This document shows, in pieces, positions 49,624 to 58,827 of a stretch of 64,000 nucleotides of DNA; the stretch's first letter is position 1; the number at the start of each line of letters is the position of its first letter. The notes under the pieces are model-generated. The model worked only from the letters and a program-made list of their open reading frames with translations, had not been told where the DNA came from and ran no database searches. The position numbers were made by a program, and so were the translations under genes. Origin of the DNA: an uncultured Alphaproteobacteria bacterium (GTDB lineage: Bacteria; Pseudomonadota; Alphaproteobacteria; Rhizobiales; Beijerinckiaceae); contig CAVULN010000046.1 in the NCBI GenBank assembly GCA_963742305.1, forward strand, positions 13,183-77,182, written 5' to 3'.

Positions 49624-51659
49624 CAGACGTCCTTCATGAGCCTGATCGCGTCATAGACCGCGGCGTGAATGTTGCGGCTCGCGACGCAATCGCCGATCCG
49701 GAACAGGCGATAGGCGCCGGCGGGATTTTTCACCATCGTCTGCGGCCGCCCGGCGATCATCGCCGCGTAATCGACCGCGCCGAGATTGAGAGAGCCCGGC
49801 TTGAGTTCGAAATAGAGCTCGTCGAGCGGGACCGCGCCGTGCTCGACGACGATCATGTCCGCCTCCTTTTCGATCCGCCGCTTGCCGTATTCGTCGAGAA
49901 AGGTTCCGACGACCCGATTGCCGCGCCGGGCGACCTGCTCGAGCCTGAGGTTGAGGGTGATCTTGGCGTCGGCGCGGCTGAAGGCGCGAAAATAGGGAGG
50001 AAAGCTGGTGCCGCCGACATCGGGCGCGAGCATGCGTTCCGGCGTGACGATCTCGAGCTTCGCCCCGGATTCGGTGACGAATTCGGCGGCGGTCAACCCG
50101 GGATGGGCGCCGTTGTCGTCGTAGACGATCACTTCGCCGCCAACCCGCGCGGCGCCCGACAGCAGGTCCCAGCTCGTGGTGGCGAATTCGGCGCCGGAAT
50201 CGAGGAAGTCGACATTCGGCGCGCCTCCGGTCGCGACCACCACCACGTCGGGCGAAAGCGCGCGCACGTCGTCGGCCTCGGCGAACAGATTGTAGCGGAA
50301 GGCGACGCCGAGCCGTTCGCATTCGCTCACCCGCCAGTCGACGATCCCCATCACCTCGCGCCGGCGCTTGAGCGCGGCGGCGAGCACGACCTGTCCCCCC
50401 GGCTTCGCGGCGGCCTCGAGCACCGTGACCTCGTGCCCGCGCTCGCCCGCGACCCGCGCCGCCTCGAGCCCGCCCGGACCCGCGCCGATGACCACCACCT
50501 TTCGCCTTGGCCCCTCCGAGCGCTGGACGACATGCGGGATTGTCTCCTCGCGTCCGGTCGCCGCGTTGTGAATGCAGACCGCCTGACCGGAATAGATCGA
50601 GTCGATGCAATAGCCCATGCCGACGCACGGGCGGATCTCGGCTTCCCGCCTTTCCGCCACTTTCCGCGCGATATGCGGATCGGCGAGATGGGCGCGGGTC
50701 ATGCCGACCATGTCGAGCTTGCCGCTCTCGATCGCGTGGCGCGCGGTCGCCACGTCCTGGATGCGGGCGGCGTGAAAGGTCGGGAGCCGCGTCTCGGCGC
50801 GCACTTCGCCGGCGAAATCGAGATGCGGCGCCGAGCGCTCTCCCATGCCGGGGATGACGTGGCTCAGCGCCTCCTCGCTGTCGATATGGCCGCGGATCAC
50901 GTTGAGGAAATCGATGAGCCCCGATTTCGTCAGGCGGCGCGCGATGGCGAGCCCCTCATCCCGGCTCAGGCCCCGCTCCCAGTCCTCGTCGCAGACCAGC
51001 CGCGCTCCGAGAAGAAAGCCCGGACCGACGCGCTTTCGCGCCGCCTCGAACACGGCCATTCCGAACTTGAGGCGATTGTCGAGCGACCCGCCATATTCGT
51101 CGGACCGCTTGTTGGTCGCGGGCGACCAGAACTGGTCGATCAGATGGCCGTAGCATTCGAACTCGAGCCCATCGAGCCCGCCCGCCTTCACCCGCTCGGC
51201 CGCGTCGGCGTAAGCCGCGATCACCCGGTCGAAGTCCCAGTCCTCCATCGCCTTGGGGAAGGCGCGGTGGGCGGGCTCGCGGACATGGGAAGGCGCGATG
51301 ACCGGCAGCCAGTCGTCCTTGCTCCAGCTGGTGCGGCGGCCGAGATGGGTGATCTGGATCATCACCGCCGCGCCCTTCTCGTGGACGTCGTCGGCCAGCT
51401 CCCTGAGCCAGGGCACGCATTCGTCCTTGTAGAGAAGGATGTTGCCGAACGCCTGCGGACTGTCGGGCGCGATCACCGACGAGCCGCCGATCATGGTGAG
51501 CGCAATGCCGCCCTTCGCCTTTTCGGCATGGTAGAGCCGGTAGCGCTTCTTCGGCATGCCGTCTTCGGTGTAGGCCGGCTCGTGGGCGGTCGACATCAGC
51601 CGGTTGCGCAGCCTCAGGCCCCGCAGTTGGAACGGTTGCAGCAGGGGATCGCTGGACAT
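49623..51659 (-). CDS. NADH:flavin oxidoreductase, N-methylproline demethylase (StcD/HpbA)-like
   Basis: DPLLQPF, TAHEPAY.EDGMPK.RY..YH.EKAKGG, RPCVG..YCID..Y...CIHN, GAGPGG. Confidence 0.85.
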   Translation of the reverse strand: MSSDPLLQPFQLRGLRLRNRLMSTAHEPAYTEDGMPKKRYRLYHAEKAKGGIALTMIGGSSVIAPDSPQAFGNILLYKDECVPWLRELADDVHEKGAAVMIQITHLGRRTSWSKDDWLPVIAPSHVREPAHRAFPKAMEDWDFDRVIAAYADAAERVKAGGLDGLEFECYGHLIDQFWSPATNKRSDEYGGSLDNRLKFGMAVFEAARKRVGPGFLLGARLVCDEDWERGLSRDEGLAIARRLTKSGLIDFLNVIRGHIDSEEALSHVIPGMGERSAPHLDFAGEVRAETRLPTFHAARIQDVATARHAIESGKLDMVGMTRAHLADPHIARKVAERREAEIRPCVGMGYCIDSIYSGQAVCIHNAATGREETIPHVVQRSEGPRRKVVVIGAGPGGLEAARVAGERGHEVTVLEAAAKPGGQVVLAAALKRRREVMGIVDWRVSECERLGVAFRYNLFAEADDVRALSPDVVVVATGGAPNVDFLDSGAEFATTSWDLLSGAARVGGEVIVYDDNGAHPGLTAAEFVTESGAKLEIVTPERMLAPDVGGTSFPPYFRAFSRADAKITLNLRLEQVARRGNRVVGTFLDEYGKRRIEKEADMIVVEHGAVPLDELYFELKPGSLNLGAVDYAAMIAGRPQTMVKNPAGAYRLFRIGDCVASRNIHAAVYDAIRLMKDV

Positions 51660-51977
51660 GGCGCGCGGCCTCGACGGTGGAAGCGGACTATCGGTCCGCG
51701 CGCCGCGCCCGGTCAACGCGGAGGGAAAAAGAGGCTGGGCGCGACCGGGCCGACGGACCGGGATTGACGTGAAGCGGTCATTACCGATCGCACCGCTGTA
51801 GGTCCCAATTGGGCGAGAAGCGGCTCTTCGGCGATCGCGATGCCAATGGCGAGAATGCGCAAATAGCAGCCGTTCTTAGCCGTGACGGACGGATCAAATC
51901 GACTCCTTACCGGACGTTGCGGTTCCTGCCGCATCGCCAAAAGTCGCTGCCGGAAGACGACGGCGGCGGTCGGGGAC

Positions 51978-52940
51978 TTAATCCGTCTCTTTCGACCTTG
52001 CCTCTGTCGGGGTGGCGTTGTATCGGCGGCGGAAGCTTCGATTGAAGTAGGAGAGATCGCCGAATCCACAGTCGAATGCGACCGAGGCGATGGACCGATT
52101 GGCGAGACGCGGGTTCGTCAGAAGCCGGTGCGCGGCGGAGACGCGACAGTCGAGAAGATATTCGGAAAACGTCGCGCCTTCGTTCGCAAAAAGCTTCTGG
52201 ACATAGCGGGGGGTCACTCCCTGACGATCCGCGACGATGCTCACGCTCAACTCGCAGTCGCAAAGGTTCGCCGCGACATCCGCTTTTATCGTCCGCAATC
52301 GTGCGGCGCACACGCCCCTCTTTTCTGCGACCTGCTGAAAGTCCCGAGTGGCGCCGACGCTCAGGGCGACCAGATCATGGATATGCGACGCAACCGCAGG
52401 GCAAAGGTCCGGCGAATCCAGGGCATGCCCCATGTCGATAGCGCGGAGATAGCTGGCAAGCAGCCGAAGGGAGCCGGTTTCCTTCGGGATCAGTCGCATC
52501 GCAGTGTCGTCGAGATTGGCGACAAGGGGAGCCAGCGCCCTATACGGTATGCGCATAGCGGCGAATCGCACTGGCGCCGGGCGGTTGATCGTGCATCCGC
52601 CTTCGGCGCCGAAAAAGACCAGAGCGTCACCCCTATGCAGGGCTAGTTCCCGGCCGCGCTCGCAGGCTACGCTGTCGCCGTCGAGAATTATAGAGAGGAA
52701 TACGCTGTCGCCGCCGTGCGGCGTCCCGAATTGGCGTAGCCCGCCAAGCGTGCCGGAAAGAATGTCGGCGCCCGGCAGGAACCGCTTTCTGATCGCCGCG
52801 TGGGGTGTGTGATCCCGCAGCGGCTCAACCGTCATGATGCCACGCTCTTGCAGGTTACGCAGGGCGTCGCCTCGTCCGCGCGGCGGCAGGCCAGCCGTCG
52901 AAAAGCTAACAGACTCGATTGTCGCTGGCTGGGATCGCAT
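51978..52940 (-). CDS. AraC family regulator
   Basis: GVTPRYVQKLF, SIASVAFDCGFGDLSYFNRSFRRRY..TP. Confidence 0.92.
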   Translation of the reverse strand: MRSQPATIESVSFSTAGLPPRGRGDALRNLQERGIMTVEPLRDHTPHAAIRKRFLPGADILSGTLGGLRQFGTPHGGDSVFLSIILDGDSVACERGRELALHRGDALVFFGAEGGCTINRPAPVRFAAMRIPYRALAPLVANLDDTAMRLIPKETGSLRLLASYLRAIDMGHALDSPDLCPAVASHIHDLVALSVGATRDFQQVAEKRGVCAARLRTIKADVAANLCDCELSVSIVADRQGVTPRYVQKLFANEGATFSEYLLDCRVSAAHRLLTNPRLANRSIASVAFDCGFGDLSYFNRSFRRRYNATPTEARSKETD

Positions 52941-53003
52941 TTTCAGTCGCTCCCAAGTCAGGCACGAGTGGCTGTCTCCCGGGACCTCTCGACTATCACA
53001 AAA

Positions 53004-53039
53004 GTTCGCTCCAGTCCGCAACGTCGTTCCCCTCAGTCC
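53004..53039 (+). promoter_or_regulatory. Tandem direct repeats, probable AraC sites
   Basis: GTTCGCTCCAGTCC (53004-53017) and GTTCCCCTCAGTCC (53026-53039), 22-bp period, in the divergent promoter. Confidence 0.5.
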
Positions 53040-53074
53040 AAGACCACAGGTTCGATCGGAGTGAGGATAGGGAC

Positions 53075-54343
53075 ATGCAAACGAAGGAGCGACAAGCTCC
53101 TAGGTGGAGCAACGTCATGTCCCCGTCGATCGGTACGGCAGCAGGCGGCGTCCGAAGCGAAACCCCGTATTCTCGCGTGATGGTCCTGTGCGGTCTTGTA
53201 TTGTTTCTGGACGGTTACGACATCACGGTCGTCGGATATGCCATTCCCTCACTCGTGGATGCTTGGAGCGTGGCTCCACAGGCATTTACCCGGGCATTGG
53301 CGGCCGGGAATTTCGGGTTGCTTCTTGGCTCGCTTTGCGCGGGTTTGCTGGGCGACAGGCTGGGACGCAAACCGGTACTGGTCTGTAGCGTTGCGGCGTT
53401 CGGATTTTTCTCGCTGCTCACCGCGTTTGCGGCATCGCCGTCGCAGTTGGCTGGCATGCGATTTCTCACCGGGTTGGGGCTCGGCGGCGGAATTCCTGTC
53501 GCGATTGCACTCGCGGCGGACTTTGCGCCGGAAATGGCGCCCGGCCGGCTCGTCATGCTGACGTCCCTCGGCGTCCCGCTTGGCTTCGCGGTCGGCGGAT
53601 TGCTAACAAGCCAACTCGTGAGCATTTTCGGCTGGCCGGCAATCTTCGTTGTTGGCGGCGTGGGGCCGCTCGTGATGGCCCTGCTGCTTGCGCTTTGGCT
53701 GCCCGAGTCCGCGGCCACGACCCCGGGAGGGTTCCACCGCAACTCCGTCGCGGCGCTTTTCCGGAACGGACGTGCGCCGACCACATTGCTCCTCTGGGTC
53801 ATCAATCTCTTCAGCCTGCTCGGGGTCTATTTCATCCTGCTGTGGACGCCGGCCATCTTGCACAACGCCGGCGCAAGCCCCTCGCGGGCGATATTCGCCA
53901 CGACAATGTACGCGTTATGCGTGATCGCGGGCGGGCTGGTGATGGCGCTCGCTGTCGACCGCGTTGGGATGGAGCGCGTCTTGGCCTGCGGACTGGCCTT
54001 CGGCGCTTGCTGCGTGCTTGCGATTGGAGCGTTCGATCCGCAGTTTTGGTTGCTTGCCCTCATGCTATGTGGCGCTGGAATAGGCGGTGGCTGTCAAGGC
54101 GGCGTCAACGCGCTTTCGAGCCTCTCCTACCCGCCGCCGATACGCGCGACCGGCGCGGGCTGGGCTCTCGGCGCGGGACGCGGCGGGGCCATCGCAGGAC
54201 CAGTTGTGGCCGGCGTACTTCTGTCGCTCGGGTTTCGTGGACAGGAAATCTTCGTGGCCGCCTCCGTACCGGCCTTCGGCGCGGCGGTATTGATGTTGGC
54301 GCTCGGGCGCCTGCGACGATCTGCTGTACCGGTTGGCGCATGA
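53075..54343 (+). CDS. Aromatic acid:H+ symporter (AAHS, PcaK/BenK-like) MFS
   Basis: LDGYD, GDRLGRK, RFLTGLGLGG, YP..IRATGAGWA.G.GR.GAIAGP. Confidence 0.88.
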   Translation: MQTKERQAPRWSNVMSPSIGTAAGGVRSETPYSRVMVLCGLVLFLDGYDITVVGYAIPSLVDAWSVAPQAFTRALAAGNFGLLLGSLCAGLLGDRLGRKPVLVCSVAAFGFFSLLTAFAASPSQLAGMRFLTGLGLGGGIPVAIALAADFAPEMAPGRLVMLTSLGVPLGFAVGGLLTSQLVSIFGWPAIFVVGGVGPLVMALLLALWLPESAATTPGGFHRNSVAALFRNGRAPTTLLLWVINLFSLLGVYFILLWTPAILHNAGASPSRAIFATTMYALCVIAGGLVMALAVDRVGMERVLACGLAFGACCVLAIGAFDPQFWLLALMLCGAGIGGGCQGGVNALSSLSYPPPIRATGAGWALGAGRGGAIAGPVVAGVLLSLGFRGQEIFVAASVPAFGAAVLMLALGRLRRSAVPVGA

Positions 54344-54357
54344 AGGGAGACACCGAA

Positions 54358-55440
54358 ATGTCGGACGCACCGAGGGTCCATGTCAGCGCTATGGAGGGCA
54401 GGGGCGCCTACAACAGGCACGCCTCAATTCCAGCATCCGGCGGCGCGCTCGCGATACCGCTCCTCGAAAAGGCGGCGCAGCAGATCACTCTTGATTCCGG
54501 CGATCGGCCCGTCGTCATTGCGGATTACGGGTCTTCCCAAGGAAAGAACTCGCTCGCGCCGATGCGCGCGGCAATTTCAGCCTTGCGCGCGCGTGTTGGT
54601 CGGCAGCGGCCGATTTTTGTATGCCATACAGACCTTCCAGCCAACGACTTCAGCGAAATGTTCGCGTTACTGGAAATCGATCCGGACAGCTATCTGCAAG
54701 GCGATCCGCAGGTTCTTCCCTATGCGATCGGCCGCTCATTTTACCGGACCCTGTTCCCGCCCGGTCACGTCGATCTCGGTTGGAGTTCCTACGCGGCGGT
54801 TTGGCTCAGCCAGATTCCGCGGCAGATCCCAGACCACTTCTTCATTCCTTGCTCCACGGGAGCGGTCCGGGCCGAGTTCGATCGCCAAGCGGCACGGGAC
54901 TGGGAGGCATTCCTGACGCTGCGAGCGGCCGAGCTGCGCGCTGGCGGCCGTTTGGTTGTCGCGCTGCCCGCGCTTGATCACGATAGAACGATAGGGTTCG
55001 CTCCGATGATGAACCATGCGAACGCCGAACTCTTTGACCTGGTCGCAGCCGGAGCAATTACCGCGGATGAGCGCGGTCGCATGACGATTGCCGCGTGCCC
55101 GCGACGCGAGCAGGACTTGCTGGCGCCGTTTGCACGCGACGGGCGGTTTCATGGACTTACCGTAGAGCATTCCAGCACCTTGAGCGTACCCGATGCCGCT
55201 TGGATCGAGTTTGAGCGGGATCGGGATGCGGCGGCGTTCGCGAGCAAGCGCGCAGGGTTTTTCCGCGCGGTCTTCGTGCCGTCGCTGGCGCAGGCTCTTG
55301 CGCCGACGCGTCGCGCAGCGGAACGGCAGGAGTTCGCCGACCGATTGGAGGACGGTGTGCGGCGACGCATTGCAAACAACCCCACCATCCTGGAGAACAT
55401 GGTCGGGACTATCGTTTTGAACAAGAAAGCGACCGACTAA
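54358..55440 (+). CDS. SABATH-like (Methyltransf_7) SAM-dependent carboxyl/N-methyltransferase
   Basis: IADYGSSQGKNS, TDLPANDFSEMF, SFYRTLFP, SSYAAVWLS, QAARDWEAFL.LRAAEL.AGGRL. Confidence 0.85.
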   Translation: MSDAPRVHVSAMEGRGAYNRHASIPASGGALAIPLLEKAAQQITLDSGDRPVVIADYGSSQGKNSLAPMRAAISALRARVGRQRPIFVCHTDLPANDFSEMFALLEIDPDSYLQGDPQVLPYAIGRSFYRTLFPPGHVDLGWSSYAAVWLSQIPRQIPDHFFIPCSTGAVRAEFDRQAARDWEAFLTLRAAELRAGGRLVVALPALDHDRTIGFAPMMNHANAELFDLVAAGAITADERGRMTIAACPRREQDLLAPFARDGRFHGLTVEHSSTLSVPDAAWIEFERDRDAAAFASKRAGFFRAVFVPSLAQALAPTRRAAERQEFADRLEDGVRRRIANNPTILENMVGTIVLNKKATD

Positions 55441-55833
55441 CGGGCGAGCCGGAATGAGTTGGGCGCGAACTTCCTCTTTCCCCTCGATTGCAAGGTTCAC
55501 CGTCGCGTGTGGAGTGACCGCTTCACGTCGATTTGGGGCGTTCGGTTGTTGCGGACGAAACGTCTGCTTCGGGTCGATTCCGCGCCGCCGGGAAAGGAAA
55601 GGTCGGACGCCCCGCGCCGCCCCGGCGCCGGAAAACCGATAGCCAACATTATCTTTACAAAAATCGGAAGCGGAGCTAGTCTTCTATCAAGGGTCGATGG
55701 GGGTCCCGCGTCCGGACGGGCCGGGTGAGACAGGAGAGCGATGGCGGTTTGAGACGTTTTGAACACAACTTGAGACGCGAGTCGATCTTTTTTTATTTCT
55801 CTCTCGTAACCCTTTGAAAAGTCCCAATTCCGC

Positions 55834-55879
55834 GAAATAAAAGGAAGCAAATTCAAGGATTTTTGCTTCATTTTATTTC
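55834..55879. repeat. Long AT-rich inverted repeat
   Basis: GAAATAAAA-G-GAAGCAAA-N10-TTTGCTTC-A-TTTTATTTC. Confidence 0.7.
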
Positions 55880-55952
55880 CATTGGCTTCAATGAAGCTCG
55901 CCCTCAGGTTGCATTTGGGCGCTCCGTCCGCCCGCCAGCCAGCTTATCGCCG

Positions 55953-56486
55953 ATGAACGCATCCGGTCTGTCAAACCTTCGCGTCCGCCCGCTTGCCGGG
56001 AACCGGGCGCGCGGCTGGCTGACGGCGGGGCCGTTCCGCATCCCCTGCGCGCTGGGGCCCAAGGGAATCGTCCGCCTGAAGCGCGAGGGGGACAAGGGCA
56101 CCCCGGCCGGGCGCTTCCGGCTTCTGTGGGGGTACTATCGGCCCGACCGGGTGCGGCTGAGGTGGGCGGGGGCGCCGCTGAAGCCCCTCCGGCGTGATCA
56201 GGGGTGGTGCGAGGATCCGGCGAGCCCGCGCTACAATCGGCCGGTGCGGCTGCCGGCGCCGGAGGGCGTCGACCGGATGTGGCGCGAGGACCATCTCTAT
56301 GACCTCGTCTTCGTGCTCGACCAGAACTTCTCCCGGCGCGCCAAGGGCCGCGGCAGCGCGATCTTCTTCCATCTCGCCCGCCCGGGCCTCACGCCGACCG
56401 CCGGCTGTGTCGCGATTTCGCTCGCCGACATGCTGAAGCTCGCGCCCCTGCTCAAGCGCGGCGCGGTGATGGCGATCGGCCAGTGA
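55953..56486 (+). CDS. L,D-transpeptidase (YkuD-like) family protein
   Basis: KREGD.GTPAG, GWCEDP...YNRP, GSAIFFHLAR....PTAGCVA. Confidence 0.88.
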   Translation: MNASGLSNLRVRPLAGNRARGWLTAGPFRIPCALGPKGIVRLKREGDKGTPAGRFRLLWGYYRPDRVRLRWAGAPLKPLRRDQGWCEDPASPRYNRPVRLPAPEGVDRMWREDHLYDLVFVLDQNFSRRAKGRGSAIFFHLARPGLTPTAGCVAISLADMLKLAPLLKRGAVMAIGQ

Positions 56487-56488
56487 GG

Positions 56489-57353
56489 TCAGCTCCGCAG
56501 CACCACGCAGGCGCCGCCGGCGGCCTTGAGGCCGGCGCAGATCCTGTCGGCTTCCCTGCGGCTCTGCGCCCCGATCCGCACCCGATAGAACGGACGGAAG
56601 CCCCGGCTTCTCACGACTGAGCCGAGCACGAACGGGTTTTGCCCGCCGATGACCGGATAGAAGTCATGCTGGACGCGGGCAAACGCCCGCATCGCCGAGC
56701 GCGCGCGAGAAACTGGCGGCGATCTGCACCCCCCAGGGCGCGAACCAGCCCGAAACCACGGGGGAGGGGGCCGACGTCGTGCGGAGGCTCGCGATCAGGC
56801 TCAGGCACGAAGGATCGGCCGGGGACGCGGCGTCGGCGGGCGGCTTGTCGCCGCGCCACTCGTCGGCCGCGTGGCCGGTGATCGCGAGCACGTAGTCCTG
56901 CGTCTCGAACGGAAGCGGGCCCTTGCCGGCGAGCCAGCGCCTGAGCGCGGTCGCGCCTGCGTTATAGGCCGCCGCCGCCAGGCCCAGATTGCCGAAACGG
57001 AGCTTCAGCTCGTTCAGGAACCTCGCTGAGGCCGGGATCGCCGACGCCGGATCGAACGGATCGATAAGCCCGCGCTCGCTCGCGGTCCCCGGCATGAACT
57101 GGGCCACCCCTTGCGCGCCGGCGGGACTGACCGCGGCGGGCCGGAACGAGCTCTCCCGCCAGATGAGCCTGGTGAAGAAGGCGACCGGCAGCCCCTCGGC
57201 CTTGGCCGAGGCTTCGACGATCCCGCACAGGGTCGCGAGCGCGTTGTCGGTCTCGGGGCCCGCGTCGGCTTGCGCTCCGCGCCCGCCGATCAGAAGCGCG
57301 AGCGCGGCGAGGGCGATCCGCGCAAGCCTCGCCCGCGCCGCGGCTTTGCCCAT
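56489..57353 (-). CDS. Lytic transglycosylase (SLT) with C-terminal SPOR domain; frameshift near 56697
   Basis: LIWRESSF, GAQGVAQFMPGTA, AAAYNAG, ETQDYV; WGVQIA...RVRIG...C..L...GGAC. Confidence 0.87.
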
Positions 57354-57423
57354 GAAGGCGCCGATGCTATAGGGGCGCCTCGCCCCCCTGTCGCGCCTCT
57401 CCCGCCAACGAAAGCCCGTCTCC

Positions 57424-58638
57424 ATGCCTAAGATCAAGGTCGCAAATCCGGTTGTCGAGCTCGACGGCGACGAGATGACGCGGATCATCTGGGCTCTCAT
57501 TCGCGACAAGCTCATCCATCCCCATCTCGATATCGATCTCCAGTATTTCGACCTCTCGGTCGAGAACCGCGACGCCACCAACGACCAGGTCACGATCGAC
57601 GCGGCGCAGGCGATCAAGGCGGTCGGCGTCGGCGTCAAATGCGCCACCATCACCCCGGACGAGGGGCGGGTCAAAGAGTTCCATCTCAAGGAGATGTGGA
57701 AGAGCCCGAACGGCACCATCCGTAACATCTTAGGGGGAGTCATCTTCCGCGAGCCGATCATCTGCAAGAACGTGCCGCGCCTGGTTCCGAGCTGGACCAA
57801 GCCGATCGTGATCGGCCGCCATGCCTATGGCGATCAGTATCGCGCGACCGATTTCAAAGTTCCCGGAAAGGGCCGCCTCACCCTTCGCTTTGAGGGCGAC
57901 GACGGCACGGTGATCGAGAAGGAAGTGTTCAAGTTTCCCGGCTCGGGCGTCGCCATGTCGATGTACAACCTCGACGATTCGATCCGCGACTTCGCCCGCG
58001 CGTCGCTGAACTACGGGCTCATGCGCAAGTACCCGGTCTATCTCTCGACCAAGAACACGATTCTCAAGGTCTATGACGGCCGCTTCAAGGACATCTTCCA
58101 GGAGGTCTACGAGAGCGAGTTCAAGAGCCAGTTCGAGGCGCTCGGCATCACTTACGAGCACCGCCTGATCGATGACATGGTTGCCGCGGCCCTCAAATGG
58201 TCGGGCGGCTATGTGTGGGCCTGCAAGAACTACGACGGGGACGTTCAGTCCGACACGGTCGCGCAAGGGTTCGGCTCGCTCGGCCTCATGACCAGCGTGC
58301 TGATGACCCCGGACGGGCGGACGGTCGAAGCGGAGGCGGCCCATGGCACCGTCACCCGGCATTACCGCGAACATCAGAAGGGCAATGCGACTTCGACCAA
58401 TTCGATCGCCTCGATCTTCGCCTGGACTCGCGGGCTGGCCCACCGGGCCAAGCTCGACGACAATGCGGCGCTGGCCAAATTCGCCTCCACCCTCGAAAAG
58501 GTGTGCGTGGAGACGGTCGAGGCGGGCTTCATGACCAAGGATCTCGCTTTGCTGGTCGGCCCCGAGCAGAAATGGCTCTCGACCGCGGGCTTCCTCGACA
58601 AGGTCGACCAGAATCTCAAGATAGCGATGGCGGCCTGA
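57424..58638 (+). CDS. icd: NADP-dependent isocitrate dehydrogenase
   Basis: [41 protein letters not shown]. Confidence 0.98.
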   Translation: MPKIKVANPVVELDGDEMTRIIWALIRDKLIHPHLDIDLQYFDLSVENRDATNDQVTIDAAQAIKAVGVGVKCATITPDEGRVKEFHLKEMWKSPNGTIRNILGGVIFREPIICKNVPRLVPSWTKPIVIGRHAYGDQYRATDFKVPGKGRLTLRFEGDDGTVIEKEVFKFPGSGVAMSMYNLDDSIRDFARASLNYGLMRKYPVYLSTKNTILKVYDGRFKDIFQEVYESEFKSQFEALGITYEHRLIDDMVAAALKWSGGYVWACKNYDGDVQSDTVAQGFGSLGLMTSVLMTPDGRTVEAEAAHGTVTRHYREHQKGNATSTNSIASIFAWTRGLAHRAKLDDNAALAKFASTLEKVCVETVEAGFMTKDLALLVGPEQKWLSTAGFLDKVDQNLKIAMAA

Positions 58639-58827
58639 GGGACCGGAATCGTTCCGTTCCCGCCGCATCCAGCCGGGTCCGGCGGTTTCGCAGGATCGAC
58701 AATGGCCCTCTGCGTCGCCATATGGAGACGGCCCGACCGCGAGAGGTCGGCCGATCCAATAGCCCTTTCCGCAGCCTTGCTCTAGAAAACCCCTCTAGGC
58801 GGCTAACAATTTCAAGCGATTTCCACC

